IMG/VR virus record: IMGVR_UViG_3300032323_001198
Location: 1 to 59,633 of that record
Length of the DNA stretch: 59,633 nt
Strand: one strand, 5' to 3'
Origin: a virus
Lineage: Duplodnaviria > Caudoviricetes
Shown here: positions 35,761 to 45,258 of the stretch, piece by piece
Layout of the letters: the number at the start of each line of letters is the position of its first letter
How positions within the stretch are numbered: the stretch's first letter is position 1
Notes under the pieces: model-generated
Databases searched by the model: none
The model's input: the letters and a program-made list of their open reading frames with translations, nothing else
Told to the model about the DNA's origin: nothing
Position numbers and translations under genes: made by a program

Positions 35761-36273
35761 ATGAGCGACAAGGACAGTATCACATTCGATGATATTGAAA
35801 TTGATCTAAGCAGTTATGGTGCTGCTCAGGCAAGCACTATAACTGATACTTTAGATACAATTACTCTTACCGGAGCAGGGACTACTATTACTTTACCTTC
35901 AACAAGTTATTCCTATTCTTCAGGAGCAACTGTTGGCGGCATCAACTCTATTAATAATATCAATAGCACTTGGCATACCGGAACAACAGGGACTAGTGGA
36001 CAGTATTATACTGTAGGTACAAATGGCAATAACTGGAATAGTCCCTCAACTATTAATATCAGTAACACTGGTATTGATATGGCTGCTGGTACAGATATCA
36101 AAGTAGATGGCAAAAGTCTAAAAGAATTTATGACTAAGATGGAACAGAGGTTGTCTATACTTGTCCCTGATCCCGAAAAACTTGAAAAGTTCGAAGCATT
36201 AAAAAGAGCATATGAACACTACAAGACCATGGAAAGCCTTTGCTTCCCAGATGAGAAAGATCCAAAAGAATGA
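35761..36273 (+). CDS. Hypothetical protein (Thr/Gly/Ser-rich N-half)
   Basis: ORF in operon. Confidence 0.8.
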   Translation: MSDKDSITFDDIEIDLSSYGAAQASTITDTLDTITLTGAGTTITLPSTSYSYSSGATVGGINSINNINSTWHTGTTGTSGQYYTVGTNGNNWNSPSTINISNTGIDMAAGTDIKVDGKSLKEFMTKMEQRLSILVPDPEKLEKFEALKRAYEHYKTMESLCFPDEKDPKE

Positions 36274-36935
36274 ATGTTAAACTTTTATCATATTCACAAC
36301 CAACATCAGAATTTGCAAATATGGGCATTGACGATGCGCAGGAACTCATTGCGTATTGCGCCCGTGTCAGCAACCCATCGAACCAATTCAATACAGAGAC
36401 ATCAGAAAAGCTTATACGATATCTTGTTAAACACGCACACTGGAGTCCCTTGGAAATGGTTTCAGCCTGTTGTGAAATCACCACAACTAGAGATATTGCA
36501 AGACAGATATTGCGTCACAGATCATTCTCCTTCCAAGAGTTCAGTCAACGATATGCTGACCCTACTAAAGACCTCTCGTTCGTATTGCGAGAAGCACGAC
36601 TTCAAGACACCAAGAATAGACAGAACAGTATCGAAACAGATGACGAACGCCTACATAAAGATTGGGAACATCAGCAACAGCAGGTCATTGACTATGCCCG
36701 AAGTGCCTATCAATGGGCTATCGCTAAAGGCATAGCCAAAGAACAGGCTCGTGCAGTATTGCCCGAAGGATTAATAGAAAGCAAACTATACATGAATGGT
36801 ACTTTACGTTCGTGGATACATTTTATTGAACTTCGTTCTGCTAACGGTACACAATTAGAACATCAGGAAGTTGCCAAGGCCTGTGCCAAAGTAATTGCAG
36901 AAATATTTCCTCTAGCAGAAAGCCTAGTACAATGA
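36270..36935 (+). CDS. thyX: FAD-dependent thymidylate synthase
   Basis: ARVS, HWSPLE, RHRSFSFQEFSQRY ThyX motif, EQARAVLP. Confidence 0.96.
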   Translation: MNVKLLSYSQPTSEFANMGIDDAQELIAYCARVSNPSNQFNTETSEKLIRYLVKHAHWSPLEMVSACCEITTTRDIARQILRHRSFSFQEFSQRYADPTKDLSFVLREARLQDTKNRQNSIETDDERLHKDWEHQQQQVIDYARSAYQWAIAKGIAKEQARAVLPEGLIESKLYMNGTLRSWIHFIELRSANGTQLEHQEVAKACAKVIAEIFPLAESLVQ

Positions 36936-37315
36936 AAGAAAAAGTTGATCAGTTTTGTGAAAACTACGAGGTACAAATCGTAGATGATCAAAAACGGAGG
37001 GCTAGGTATCACCCTCCTAAGTATTTTACAAATCCCCTGCGAGCAGATATCATAAGCAGAGATTTCGTAGAATATGAAACAGAGAGAGTCTTTACAGTTC
37101 AGATACCCGAAAGCCGTTTTCGAGCCTTAGTTGAAATGGAACAGAGATTTTTTGGCAATCACAATCACGGCTACAGCGATGCTGATATGTTTTCTATGCT
37201 TATGGAAAAGGAACGTGAGGAAAGTTGGTACCGTCAATCGAACACGGCTGTCCAAAAAGCCTATGAGCAATATTCAGTCATGCTCAATCTAGCAGGATAT
37301 CAAAAAAAGTTTTAA
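36932..37315 (+). CDS. Hypothetical protein
   Basis: Coupled ORF. Confidence 0.75.
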   Translation: MKEKVDQFCENYEVQIVDDQKRRARYHPPKYFTNPLRADIISRDFVEYETERVFTVQIPESRFRALVEMEQRFFGNHNHGYSDADMFSMLMEKEREESWYRQSNTAVQKAYEQYSVMLNLAGYQKKF

Positions 37316-37317
37316 AA

Positions 37318-37983
37318 TTGACTTCTTTACATTCTCATAAAGAAAACACCACTGTAAAATCAATAAAAGAATTGCACATAGAAGCAACGACTAGATGCCA
37401 ACTGGCGTGTCCTGCCTGTCCTAGAACATATGCCAAAGACAAATTAAAAATTTCTGATATAGATATTGATGTTGTAGTTAAATCTGCTAGGGAATTTAAT
37501 TTAGTATACTTCTGTGGGGATCACGGAGATGCTATCTATCATCCAAATTTCATTGAGATAGTTCGTCAACTTAAAACAAATTATTCTAATATTAAAATCT
37601 ACTTAGATACAAATGGATCAGGTAGAAAAATAGAATGGTGGACGGAGTTGTCTAAGTTATTAGATCAACACGATAAGATCAACTTCAATATAGATGGCGT
37701 TGAATCTAACAATCATCTATATAGAAAAAATAGTAGATGGCCAAGTATTCTTGATGCACTGACAACTGTAAAAAATAATTCAAAGTGTCAAGTTTTTTGG
37801 AGATATATTGTTTTCAAACACAACGAAGACACAGTGTTCGAAGCATATAAATTATCAAAAGAATTGAAATTGGATTCATTTACGGTTATAGAAAGCAATA
37901 GATACGATACTTTTGAATTTCTTAGACCAACGAAATCATTAAACGATATAGTAAGAGAACTAGATGATAGATCCGAAATGTAA
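37318..37983 (+). CDS. Radical SAM core (paralog of 32687) without twitch domain
   Basis: CQLACPAC, CGDHGD, DTNG, IDG, FKHNE; TTG start uncertain. Confidence 0.85.
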   Translation: MTSLHSHKENTTVKSIKELHIEATTRCQLACPACPRTYAKDKLKISDIDIDVVVKSAREFNLVYFCGDHGDAIYHPNFIEIVRQLKTNYSNIKIYLDTNGSGRKIEWWTELSKLLDQHDKINFNIDGVESNNHLYRKNSRWPSILDALTTVKNNSKCQVFWRYIVFKHNEDTVFEAYKLSKELKLDSFTVIESNRYDTFEFLRPTKSLNDIVRELDDRSEM

Positions 37984-38224
37984 ATCCGATAATATCTTAC
38001 CGTATATAAATGCAGAAGGTTTGTTTTTTCCCTGTTGTCTAATGGCCAACGAACCCGATTTAAGTACTTTTAAATTATTAATTGGTCAAGAAATTAGCAG
38101 TATTGATTTAAATGTAGTAAGTATAGATGATGCTAAAAATAGCAAGGCTATACAGATATTGGAAAATACATGGGTTTCAACAAATCCATTTCCGCCTTGT
38201 CAACATCATTGCGGAAAAAATTAA
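37964..38224 (+). CDS. Stand-alone twitch/SPASM Fe-S domain
   Basis: PKC..YINAEG.FFPCC...CQHHC. Confidence 0.75.
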   Translation: MIDPKCKSDNILPYINAEGLFFPCCLMANEPDLSTFKLLIGQEISSIDLNVVSIDDAKNSKAIQILENTWVSTNPFPPCQHHCGKN

Positions 38225-38235
38225 AGGAATTTAAA

Positions 38236-38499
38236 ATGACATTTATATTAGACTACATCAAAGCACATATTCCTCAGTTTGAAATGGCTGGGGTAATTAT
38301 GCGTATCATTTGTTTTACACTAGTATCATGGCTAGGTCCAGCCAGTCCATTCATGTTTGTTTGGATTGTTAATACTTTGGATGCTATATTGCTTACCTAT
38401 TGTGCTATAATTAAGAAAGACAAAGCATATACCCTATTAAATAGTTTTTGGATTTTGGTGGGTATAGTCGGAATCCTTCGCGCAGGCGGTTGGATGTAA
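38236..38499 (+). CDS. Small membrane protein
   Basis: About three hydrophobic segments; AAGGA SD before 38236. Confidence 0.75.
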   Translation: MTFILDYIKAHIPQFEMAGVIMRIICFTLVSWLGPASPFMFVWIVNTLDAILLTYCAIIKKDKAYTLLNSFWILVGIVGILRAGGWM

Positions 38500-38519
38500 C
38501 CAATCAAAAAAGGATCATA

Positions 38520-38548
38520 TTGACAGGTTATTAGAAAGATTGTATAAT
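38520..38548 (+). promoter_or_regulatory. Sigma70 consensus promoter
   Basis: TTGACA-17 nt-TATAAT. Confidence 0.85.
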
Positions 38549-38574
38549 TAAAGTGTTCGACAGAAAGAAATTAT

Positions 38575-39384
38575 ATGAGAAATTATTGGACTTGTTCAAA
38601 ATTTGCCGATTGGATCCGAGGTACTACTAAAATAAAGTGCGGTACTGGAAAAGAGTGGGCGGAGTGGGAAAAGGCTGCTAAAGCCAAGTACCCCATTCGG
38701 TGGTGGATTGCTGAAGAAGGTTTGGACAAGATTCAAACTGTTTGGTGTTGGATTCCAGAAAGGTTAGACGATGTTAGATACTATGTTAACAACCGTTGGA
38801 TTACTCGCAGTCATGCTCTTACTGCTCATCCTCGGGATATCAAGCCTGGTGCTTGGGCAGATGTTGGGAACCGTTTTCTCCCATGTCTTTTTAATGAACT
38901 AGTAGACTTTGTAGAAATTGAGCAGGCATGGCATCACTGTGTTTGGGACGATGCCGCTCGCAAAAAACATTCTTATCCATGGTGGCGTCGTTGGTATCGC
39001 AACTGGCGTTGCCCAGAAGCAGGCATTGCTTATTTGAATTGGGCGATGACTCTTACCAATAAAGAATTTATCGAAGAAGGCGAACAAGAAGAGCCTACTC
39101 ATCAAGCCAAGGCCGCCAAAGAAATTTTAGAACTTTATACATGGTGGAAGGAAGTTTATCCAAATCGCCCTGACGTTCACGATGCCAGCGGCTGGATGGC
39201 CTACTGCGAGATGCGTAGAGAAAAAGGATATCATCTTCTAGATATGGAAGATAAAACTCCAGAGGATGCTGAAATGTGCAAGACTGCTCTTGACAAAAGC
39301 CGTGAGTTGGAAGCACAATACGAAGCAGAAGATGAAGAAATGATGATCCGATTAATCAAAGTTAGACAATCACTATGGACTTAA
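38575..39384 (+). CDS. Hypothetical Trp-rich phage protein
   Basis: 269-aa ORF after promoter. Confidence 0.85.
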   Translation: MRNYWTCSKFADWIRGTTKIKCGTGKEWAEWEKAAKAKYPIRWWIAEEGLDKIQTVWCWIPERLDDVRYYVNNRWITRSHALTAHPRDIKPGAWADVGNRFLPCLFNELVDFVEIEQAWHHCVWDDAARKKHSYPWWRRWYRNWRCPEAGIAYLNWAMTLTNKEFIEEGEQEEPTHQAKAAKEILELYTWWKEVYPNRPDVHDASGWMAYCEMRREKGYHLLDMEDKTPEDAEMCKTALDKSRELEAQYEAEDEEMMIRLIKVRQSLWT

Positions 39385-39385
39385 A

Positions 39386-39574
39386 ATGAAAAATTCTGCG
39401 TTTAGAACTTGGGTGAGAGAGTTATGGTACACTAATTGCGATGAGCACTTCGAAGCCAACTTGCCCAAATATACGCACGAAGAATATTTTCAAAAGTTTA
39501 AATGGTGGTTAAAACGAGAATACAAACACCAAAGAGAAGAAGATGACAGAAAACAAAGAAGAAGAACTATATAG
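39386..39574 (+). CDS. Hypothetical protein
   Basis: ORF in operon. Confidence 0.65.
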   Translation: MKNSAFRTWVRELWYTNCDEHFEANLPKYTHEEYFQKFKWWLKREYKHQREEDDRKQRRRTI

Positions 39575-39764
39575 CAAATATATGGCTTTTAATCAAATCA
39601 TGTTAGAAGAATATGATGCTGTAGAAATTGCTGCCATCATGGCTGTACAGGCTTTGAGTTTTTATAGAACTGTAATGAACGAAGAAGACTATCTAAAGAT
39701 AGTAGACAGCATCTATAACAATCGACTTAATGTTCAAACTTTTGACGGACCATTTATACAATGA
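39543..39764 (+). CDS. Hypothetical protein
   Basis: ORF in operon. Confidence 0.7.
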   Translation: MTENKEEELYSKYMAFNQIMLEEYDAVEIAAIMAVQALSFYRTVMNEEDYLKIVDSIYNNRLNVQTFDGPFIQ

Positions 39765-40090
39765 AAGCACAAACTCCAGCCGAAGGTATTTTGAAAACTC
39801 ACGACTTTGGAAATTCAAAATGGTATCAGGTTGTCTGCGGTTGCGGACAACCGGATCACAGTCTTAGTGTAGAAGTTGAAGCAGAAGATGTTGGAGTTAG
39901 TGTTAACACCTATGTAACTGTCAAATCACCATTTTGGTCTATGAATAGGTTTAAACAAATTTGGCTGTTGCTAACCCGCGGTTATCTAGAGCACGAGTCT
40001 ACTATTGTTATGACTGAGCAGCAGGCTCTTAACTACGCAGAAACTATTAAATCCGCAATTCAAGATGTCAAAGATTTCAAAAAGCCCTGA
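39761..40090 (+). CDS. Hypothetical protein with CGC..H motif
   Basis: ATGA-coupled ORF. Confidence 0.75.
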   Translation: MKAQTPAEGILKTHDFGNSKWYQVVCGCGQPDHSLSVEVEAEDVGVSVNTYVTVKSPFWSMNRFKQIWLLLTRGYLEHESTIVMTEQQALNYAETIKSAIQDVKDFKKP

Positions 40091-40658
40091 TCGACACTCT
40101 TTCCAAAAAGAAGGCTATGTTCGGCGTCAGGAAGAAGCAGGTGAACCCGTCAGCGAAGATTATCTTGATTGGTTTGAAAAGATAATTGACAACCATAAAC
40201 GTAAGTTTGACGACCCTGCGAGTCGTGTGAACAATATGGAATACGATCTCTTAACCACTGATTGGATTTTAGAGAAGGTTCGTGCCGACGATGCATATGC
40301 TCAAAACTTATATGCGGCGATCTGCAACAACGATTTTATCCCCCTTGATGTTGTTCCTATCCTTAGACAGGACCCAGAAAAAGACTATTGGGGTGCTTCT
40401 TGGCGTTCTGCTGGGGGCATAATTGCAGATATGCAAGAAAAGGGTGATTACATCGATTGGTACTGTTCGGGTATTCGTGATATTGGTCTGTACGATCATT
40501 ACAATGAAAAAGAAGAATTTACCAAAGAACAATTGGCTCATTTAGAAATAACTAAAAGATATGTACCAGAAGGTTGTATAACCGACGAGATCCGGAATGA
40601 TCTTCAACGTCTTGGTTGGGCAGTGGCGCCCGATGGAGATTGGAAAAAGTTTGTTTAA
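40065..40658 (+). CDS. Hypothetical phage protein
   Basis: YAQNLYAAICNN..SWRSAGG..DYIDWYCSG segment; ORF in operon. Confidence 0.8.
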   Translation: MSKISKSPDRHSFQKEGYVRRQEEAGEPVSEDYLDWFEKIIDNHKRKFDDPASRVNNMEYDLLTTDWILEKVRADDAYAQNLYAAICNNDFIPLDVVPILRQDPEKDYWGASWRSAGGIIADMQEKGDYIDWYCSGIRDIGLYDHYNEKEEFTKEQLAHLEITKRYVPEGCITDEIRNDLQRLGWAVAPDGDWKKFV

Positions 40659-40683
40659 CCTAATAGGAGAAAAGTGAATCAAA

Positions 40684-40872
40684 ATGACCTGGGAACTGTA
40701 TGAGGTCTGGTCCGACATCGACGGACACGAAGAACTAGTAGATACTACCAAAAGTAAAAAAGAAGCACAGGCACTAGCCAAAAAAACTCTAAACGAGGGT
40801 GCTGATGAAGTTTGGATCTATAGAGAAACCGGTGCCGGTGACTACGAAGAAATTGAGCGGTTGACATTGTGA
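40684..40872 (+). CDS. Small acidic hypothetical protein
   Basis: AGGAG upstream. Confidence 0.65.
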   Translation: MTWELYEVWSDIDGHEELVDTTKSKKEAQALAKKTLNEGADEVWIYRETGAGDYEEIERLTL

Positions 40873-40889
40873 CAGAATGGTGTTATAAT
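40861..40889 (+). promoter_or_regulatory. Sigma70 promoter with extended -10
   Basis: TTGACA-17 nt-TATAAT with TGn. Confidence 0.85.
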
Positions 40890-40920
40890 ATACATATACT
40901 GAAACAACTAGGAGCATACA

Positions 40921-42096
40921 ATGGCAACTAAAACTCGAGTTACTAAAAAGCATGTAGCAGAACATCGTGCCAAGCAGGCACGTGATCTTAGTCCAAAATG
41001 GGAAGGCCATGAGTCTTGGGATGAGAATCAGTTTTTGCGATTCTTTCATGTTTCTATGAACTATTATCGGCTCGAGTCTAACGGTCGCGATCTCAAGCCC
41101 AAAGTCATTAATTGGATGAGCGCAAACGGTTATACCAAAGATCAAATTAAAGCATTCAAAGATACTAAAGATTTTCGTTGTAATACTACCATGGGTTCTA
41201 TTGCAGCCAATCTTCTGCGTGGGATGCCTCCTGTTCGAGCAGACTTTAATGATGGCCGGAGTACTGCACAATGGTTGATTCAGCAGATTTCAACTGTAAT
41301 TGAAAATGGCAAGAATGATGCTGAACCAGAAGTTATTGAAGAAAAAAATACTATGCCCGTGGTTTCTATACAAGAAAGAGTACGAGAAGCCACTTTCGGA
41401 ATGACTGAAGAGATTGAGGAGGCTATTGAATCTTTTTCGGCAGACCCTGAATCATTTGATCCTAAAGCATTCAAAGTTTTAAATTTACTGCGTGGCAAAC
41501 AGGTCAAAGCCGCACATGCTCGTATCATCAAAGACTTTTATCAACGTCAGTATGATGAATATCTAGAAGTGCAAGAGGGCAAATGCGATCAACTCAAAGA
41601 AGCATACAGCCATCTGTCTAAAGCACAGATCAAAAAAATCATTGTATTTTACCACGAAATTATCTCGGCCTGCGATATGCTAATGCAAGAAGCCAAGGTT
41701 AATCGCAAGCCACGTGCTAAGAAGTCTAAGCCTGTTGAGAAGATCGTAGAAAAACTCAAGTTCCTTAAACAAGACGAAAAACTCAAGTTGGTTTCTATTG
41801 CTCCTGCTGATATTGTAGGTGCTAAAGAACTGTGGATTTACAACACCAAAAGTCGCAAGTTGGGCAAATATGTTGCTGGTGAATTCAACGATCTTGGTGT
41901 AAAAGGTACTTCAATCACAGGGTTTGATGAGATTAAATCTGTGCAAAAAACCCTGCGCAAGCCAGAAGAACAACTCAAAGAATTTAAAAATTCTGGTAAA
42001 GTTGCTCTGCGCAAGTTTTTAGATGACATCAAAGCCGTTGATATTAAACTCAACGGGCGAATTAACGAAGATACTATTCTTCTAAAAACACAATAA
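40921..42096 (+). CDS. Hypothetical phage protein (391 aa, Lys-rich)
   Basis: AGGAG SD, strong promoter. Confidence 0.85.
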   Translation: MATKTRVTKKHVAEHRAKQARDLSPKWEGHESWDENQFLRFFHVSMNYYRLESNGRDLKPKVINWMSANGYTKDQIKAFKDTKDFRCNTTMGSIAANLLRGMPPVRADFNDGRSTAQWLIQQISTVIENGKNDAEPEVIEEKNTMPVVSIQERVREATFGMTEEIEEAIESFSADPESFDPKAFKVLNLLRGKQVKAAHARIIKDFYQRQYDEYLEVQEGKCDQLKEAYSHLSKAQIKKIIVFYHEIISACDMLMQEAKVNRKPRAKKSKPVEKIVEKLKFLKQDEKLKLVSIAPADIVGAKELWIYNTKSRKLGKYVAGEFNDLGVKGTSITGFDEIKSVQKTLRKPEEQLKEFKNSGKVALRKFLDDIKAVDIKLNGRINEDTILLKTQ

Positions 42097-42127
42097 TGTT
42101 TGTGCTAGGAGTTTGATAAATACTGGT

Positions 42128-43003
42128 ATGAACAATACCAATCTCGATCAAACTCTAGCAGATCTTAACAAAATAATTAAAGATCTAGCCGAAGCCGCAC
42201 ACCAACCTGTTGCGCAAGAAGTAACACAGTTCCTTGAATTTCGTGCTAAAAAAGGCGAAAATAACAACGGTAAAGGTGTTATATGGAGTGGCGACGGTTA
42301 TACAAAACAGTTCGTTTTCAGCACAGGTCCTGACAAATTCTTTTCTTCAGAAAGCATCGATCTAAACAAGGGCAAAAGCCTAAGCATTGGCGGTGTTAAA
42401 ACTTTAGATGACAAAGAATTAGGCTCTAATGTTACCAAAAGTAATCTACAACAAGTGGGTAGATTAAAAGGGCTGATCGTAGATGGTTCAGTAAGTATCA
42501 ATCAATATCTGATTTATAATGCGGCTACTGATCGTTTAGGATTAGGCACCGAAGCACCTAATGCTGCATTCAGTGTTGCAGAAATGGGCATCGAAGTCAT
42601 GGTAGGAACTAACGATGACTTTCACGGCATGGTTGGCACTTATGCGTCTACCGACTTTGATATTGTCACTGATAATACTACAAGAATTAACGTTGCTGCC
42701 AACGGTAACATATTACTTGGTAATTTTAATAGAAACCCTATACAAGTTTCAATCAATGGTAAACTTGCTATAGGTGTTAAGAATCCAGATCCTAATGTTG
42801 ATCTACATGTTGCTGGACCAGTAAGATTTAATAATCATTTACACACCTACGGTGCAGCACCTCCCAGTGAAGGCACACATCAACTAGGTGACATTGTTTG
42901 GAACAGCGCCCCTAGAGTAGGTGCCGGTATCGGTTGGGTATGTCTGAGAGCAGGTAGTCCAGGCGCTTGGTACCCATTCGGCGAAATCAAAGAAAGAGGT
43001 TAA
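42128..43003 (+). CDS. Putative virion/tail-fibre-related protein
   Basis: RLGLGT.AP and LAIGV.NP...LHVAG repeats, GDIVWN..P..GWVC C-terminus; GATAAATA box upstream. Confidence 0.6.
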   Translation: MNNTNLDQTLADLNKIIKDLAEAAHQPVAQEVTQFLEFRAKKGENNNGKGVIWSGDGYTKQFVFSTGPDKFFSSESIDLNKGKSLSIGGVKTLDDKELGSNVTKSNLQQVGRLKGLIVDGSVSINQYLIYNAATDRLGLGTEAPNAAFSVAEMGIEVMVGTNDDFHGMVGTYASTDFDIVTDNTTRINVAANGNILLGNFNRNPIQVSINGKLAIGVKNPDPNVDLHVAGPVRFNNHLHTYGAAPPSEGTHQLGDIVWNSAPRVGAGIGWVCLRAGSPGAWYPFGEIKERG

Positions 43004-43004
43004 T

Positions 43005-43643
43005 ATGCGAGCCCTAGTGATAGGGAACGGCGAAAGTCGACGCAACATCAACATCGGCAGTTTTCAAGATCATACATTGATCGGCTGTAATGCCTTGCAC
43101 AGAGACCTCACCGTAGATCATCTTGTCTGTTGCGATCAAAGAATGGTACGAGAAGCAGTTGAAAATCCCAACACCATAAACACTACCATCTATGTAAGAG
43201 ACCTTTGGTATCATTATTTTAGAAAGATAAGAAAAAACAAAAATATTAGTCTTGTGCCTGATCTTCCTTATAAAGGAGATCGGAGACATGATCAATCTAT
43301 ACACTGGGGTAGTGGTCCGTATGCAGTACTATTGGCCTGCGTTTTAGAACACAGAGAAATTTCTATGATAGGGTTTGATCTTTATGCCAAAGAAGATCGT
43401 GTCAATAACATATACAAAGGCACTCCCAATTATGCTAGGTCAGAGTCATCTCCAATCGATCCTGCGTATTGGGTCTATCAGATAGGAAAAATATTTCATC
43501 ATTTTCCAGATACTCAATTTAATATCTATAATTATTCCAGTTGGCAATGTCCATTAGATTGGCAAAAAGAAAATGTCCAGTTATGTCATATTGATGTTGA
43601 CCTTAATGTAAATATATCTTATAATAGTTCAACAGTGGTCTAA
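43005..43643 (+). CDS. Rossmann-like protein (DUF115/sialyltransferase-like N-terminal motif)
   Basis: VIGNGES..IGCNA...SG.YA..A...MIGFD. Confidence 0.55.
   Translation: MRALVIGNGESRRNINIGSFQDHTLIGCNALHRDLTVDHLVCCDQRMVREAVENPNTINTTIYVRDLWYHYFRKIRKNKNISLVPDLPYKGDRRHDQSIHWGSGPYAVLLACVLEHREISMIGFDLYAKEDRVNNIYKGTPNYARSESSPIDPAYWVYQIGKIFHHFPDTQFNIYNYSSWQCPLDWQKENVQLCHIDVDLNVNISYNSSTVV
43597..43625 (+). promoter_or_regulatory. Sigma70 promoter upstream of queD leader
   Basis: TTGACC-17 nt-TATAAT. Confidence 0.7.
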
Positions 43644-43710
43644 GACGTTCACCCCACTTTAAATACTCTGCATGTCATCAAACTTGCTACCTATATAAAG
43701 GAGACTAGAG

Positions 43711-44238
43711 ATGGCAAAATATCTTTCAACAAAAACTTACGGCAACGACAGAGGGCTGTCATGCTGTTTTAGACAATGGCGTTCAACGCACTCACATTGT
43801 TCTATGCTACATGGTTACTCCATTGGCATTAAACTAATCTTTGAATCAGAAACCTTAGATGATCGCAATTGGGTCATGGACTTTGGCGGGCTCAAAGCAT
43901 TCAAAGAATGGAGTGAATGGCAATTTGATCATACACTAGTTATTGGCAAAGACGATCCAGAACGTGGCACATTTGTAGAACTAAACAAAATCCAAGGTGG
44001 TTTTAAAAACATGGGCATCATCGATCTACGTATTGTAGATGGTGTAGGCTGTGAAATGTTTGCCGAGTTAGTTTACAAGACTATGAACGAAATTCTAACT
44101 GCTTATCAAGAAGGCCGTGGCTGGACACATCCTGACGGTCGTGTTTTTGAAGCACGTTATCCTGTTGGCGTAGGCGTTAAACTAAAATCTGCCGAAGTAT
44201 TCGAACACGCAGGTAATTCTGCAATATACGAAGGATGA
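43711..44238 (+). CDS. queD: 6-carboxy-5,6,7,8-tetrahydropterin synthase (QueD/PTPS family)
   Basis: CSMLHGYS, WVMDFG, FDH, E near C-terminus; AAGGAG SD. Confidence 0.85.
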   Translation: MAKYLSTKTYGNDRGLSCCFRQWRSTHSHCSMLHGYSIGIKLIFESETLDDRNWVMDFGGLKAFKEWSEWQFDHTLVIGKDDPERGTFVELNKIQGGFKNMGIIDLRIVDGVGCEMFAELVYKTMNEILTAYQEGRGWTHPDGRVFEARYPVGVGVKLKSAEVFEHAGNSAIYEG

Positions 44239-44426
44239 ATAGTTTTGAACGTATATGGGCTCGGGCAACTGGGCACCTAATGGGGCAGACGGACGAAGAT
44301 CGTCCAGATGTTCCTATTCTCACTTTACGAGAAGCACGTATAGCATTATTCTTAAAAACATTCTGGGTAATCATTCATGTAATTACCTGTCTGTTTATTA
44401 TTGCCAACGTCATTAGACACTGGTAA
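44235..44426 (+). CDS. Small membrane protein
   Basis: C-terminal hydrophobic helix; ATGA coupling. Confidence 0.7.
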   Translation: MNSFERIWARATGHLMGQTDEDRPDVPILTLREARIALFLKTFWVIIHVITCLFIIANVIRHW

Positions 44427-44433
44427 ATATTTT

Positions 44434-45258
44434 ATGCGTACATTTTCAATCAATAAAATAGTTGCCGGTAATGAGAATAAAATTTTTCTCATTGCTGGTC
44501 CCTGCCAAATAGAAAGTCAAGATCATGCAGAACAAACTGCAGGTCGTATCAAAGAAGTCTGCGATGAGTTAGATATTGATCTCATATACAAAAGCAGTTT
44601 TGACAAAGCCAACCGATCTAGTATTAATACCAAAAGAGGTATAGGTATAGACGAGGGTTTAAAGATACTTAATTCTATTAAACACGAATTTGGTATCCCT
44701 GTGCTTACAGACATACACGAAAGTTATCAAGCAGAATTATCAGCAGATGCAGGTATAGATGTACTACAGATACCAGCATTCCTATGTAGGCAAACTGATT
44801 TATTATTGGCTGCAGGGAAAACTAATTGTGCAATTAATGTCAAAAAAGGACAATTTCTTGCACCACACGATATGAAGAACGTTGCGGAAAAAATTGCCTC
44901 TACTGGCAATCATCGTATTATGTTATGTGAAAGAGGATACACTCATGGATATAATAATCTTGTTGTTGATATGCGTAGTCTACCCATTATGGCAAGCACC
45001 GGGTATCCAGTGGTCTTTGATGCTACACATTCTGTTCAACAGCCTGGAGGAATGGGAGAACGATCCGGCGGTGATCGAACTATGGTCCCATACCTGGCGA
45101 GGGCGGCTGTAGCCACAGGGTGTGTTGCTGGTGTATTCATGGAAGTACATGAAGATCCAGATTCTGCTCCCAGCGACGGGCCTAACATGATCAAACTTAA
45201 AGACCTTAAAGGGGTCTTAGAAAAACTTGTAGACATAGACAGAATAGTTAAATTATAA
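44434..45258 (+). CDS. kdsA: KDO8P synthase
   Basis: IAGPC, KSSFDKANRSS, QIPAFLCRQTDL, KKGQF, ERG, DATHSVQ, SDG. Confidence 0.95.
   Translation: MRTFSINKIVAGNENKIFLIAGPCQIESQDHAEQTAGRIKEVCDELDIDLIYKSSFDKANRSSINTKRGIGIDEGLKILNSIKHEFGIPVLTDIHESYQAELSADAGIDVLQIPAFLCRQTDLLLAAGKTNCAINVKKGQFLAPHDMKNVAEKIASTGNHRIMLCERGYTHGYNNLVVDMRSLPIMASTGYPVVFDATHSVQQPGGMGERSGGDRTMVPYLARAAVATGCVAGVFMEVHEDPDSAPSDGPNMIKLKDLKGVLEKLVDIDRIVKL

Noticed and set aside
43711-44238. Complete 7-deazaguanine DNA modification system
   Set aside because: Only queD is visible. No folE, queC, dpdA or clear queE is in the window, and the amidinotransferases are StrB1/GATM-type, not ArcS/QueF-like.
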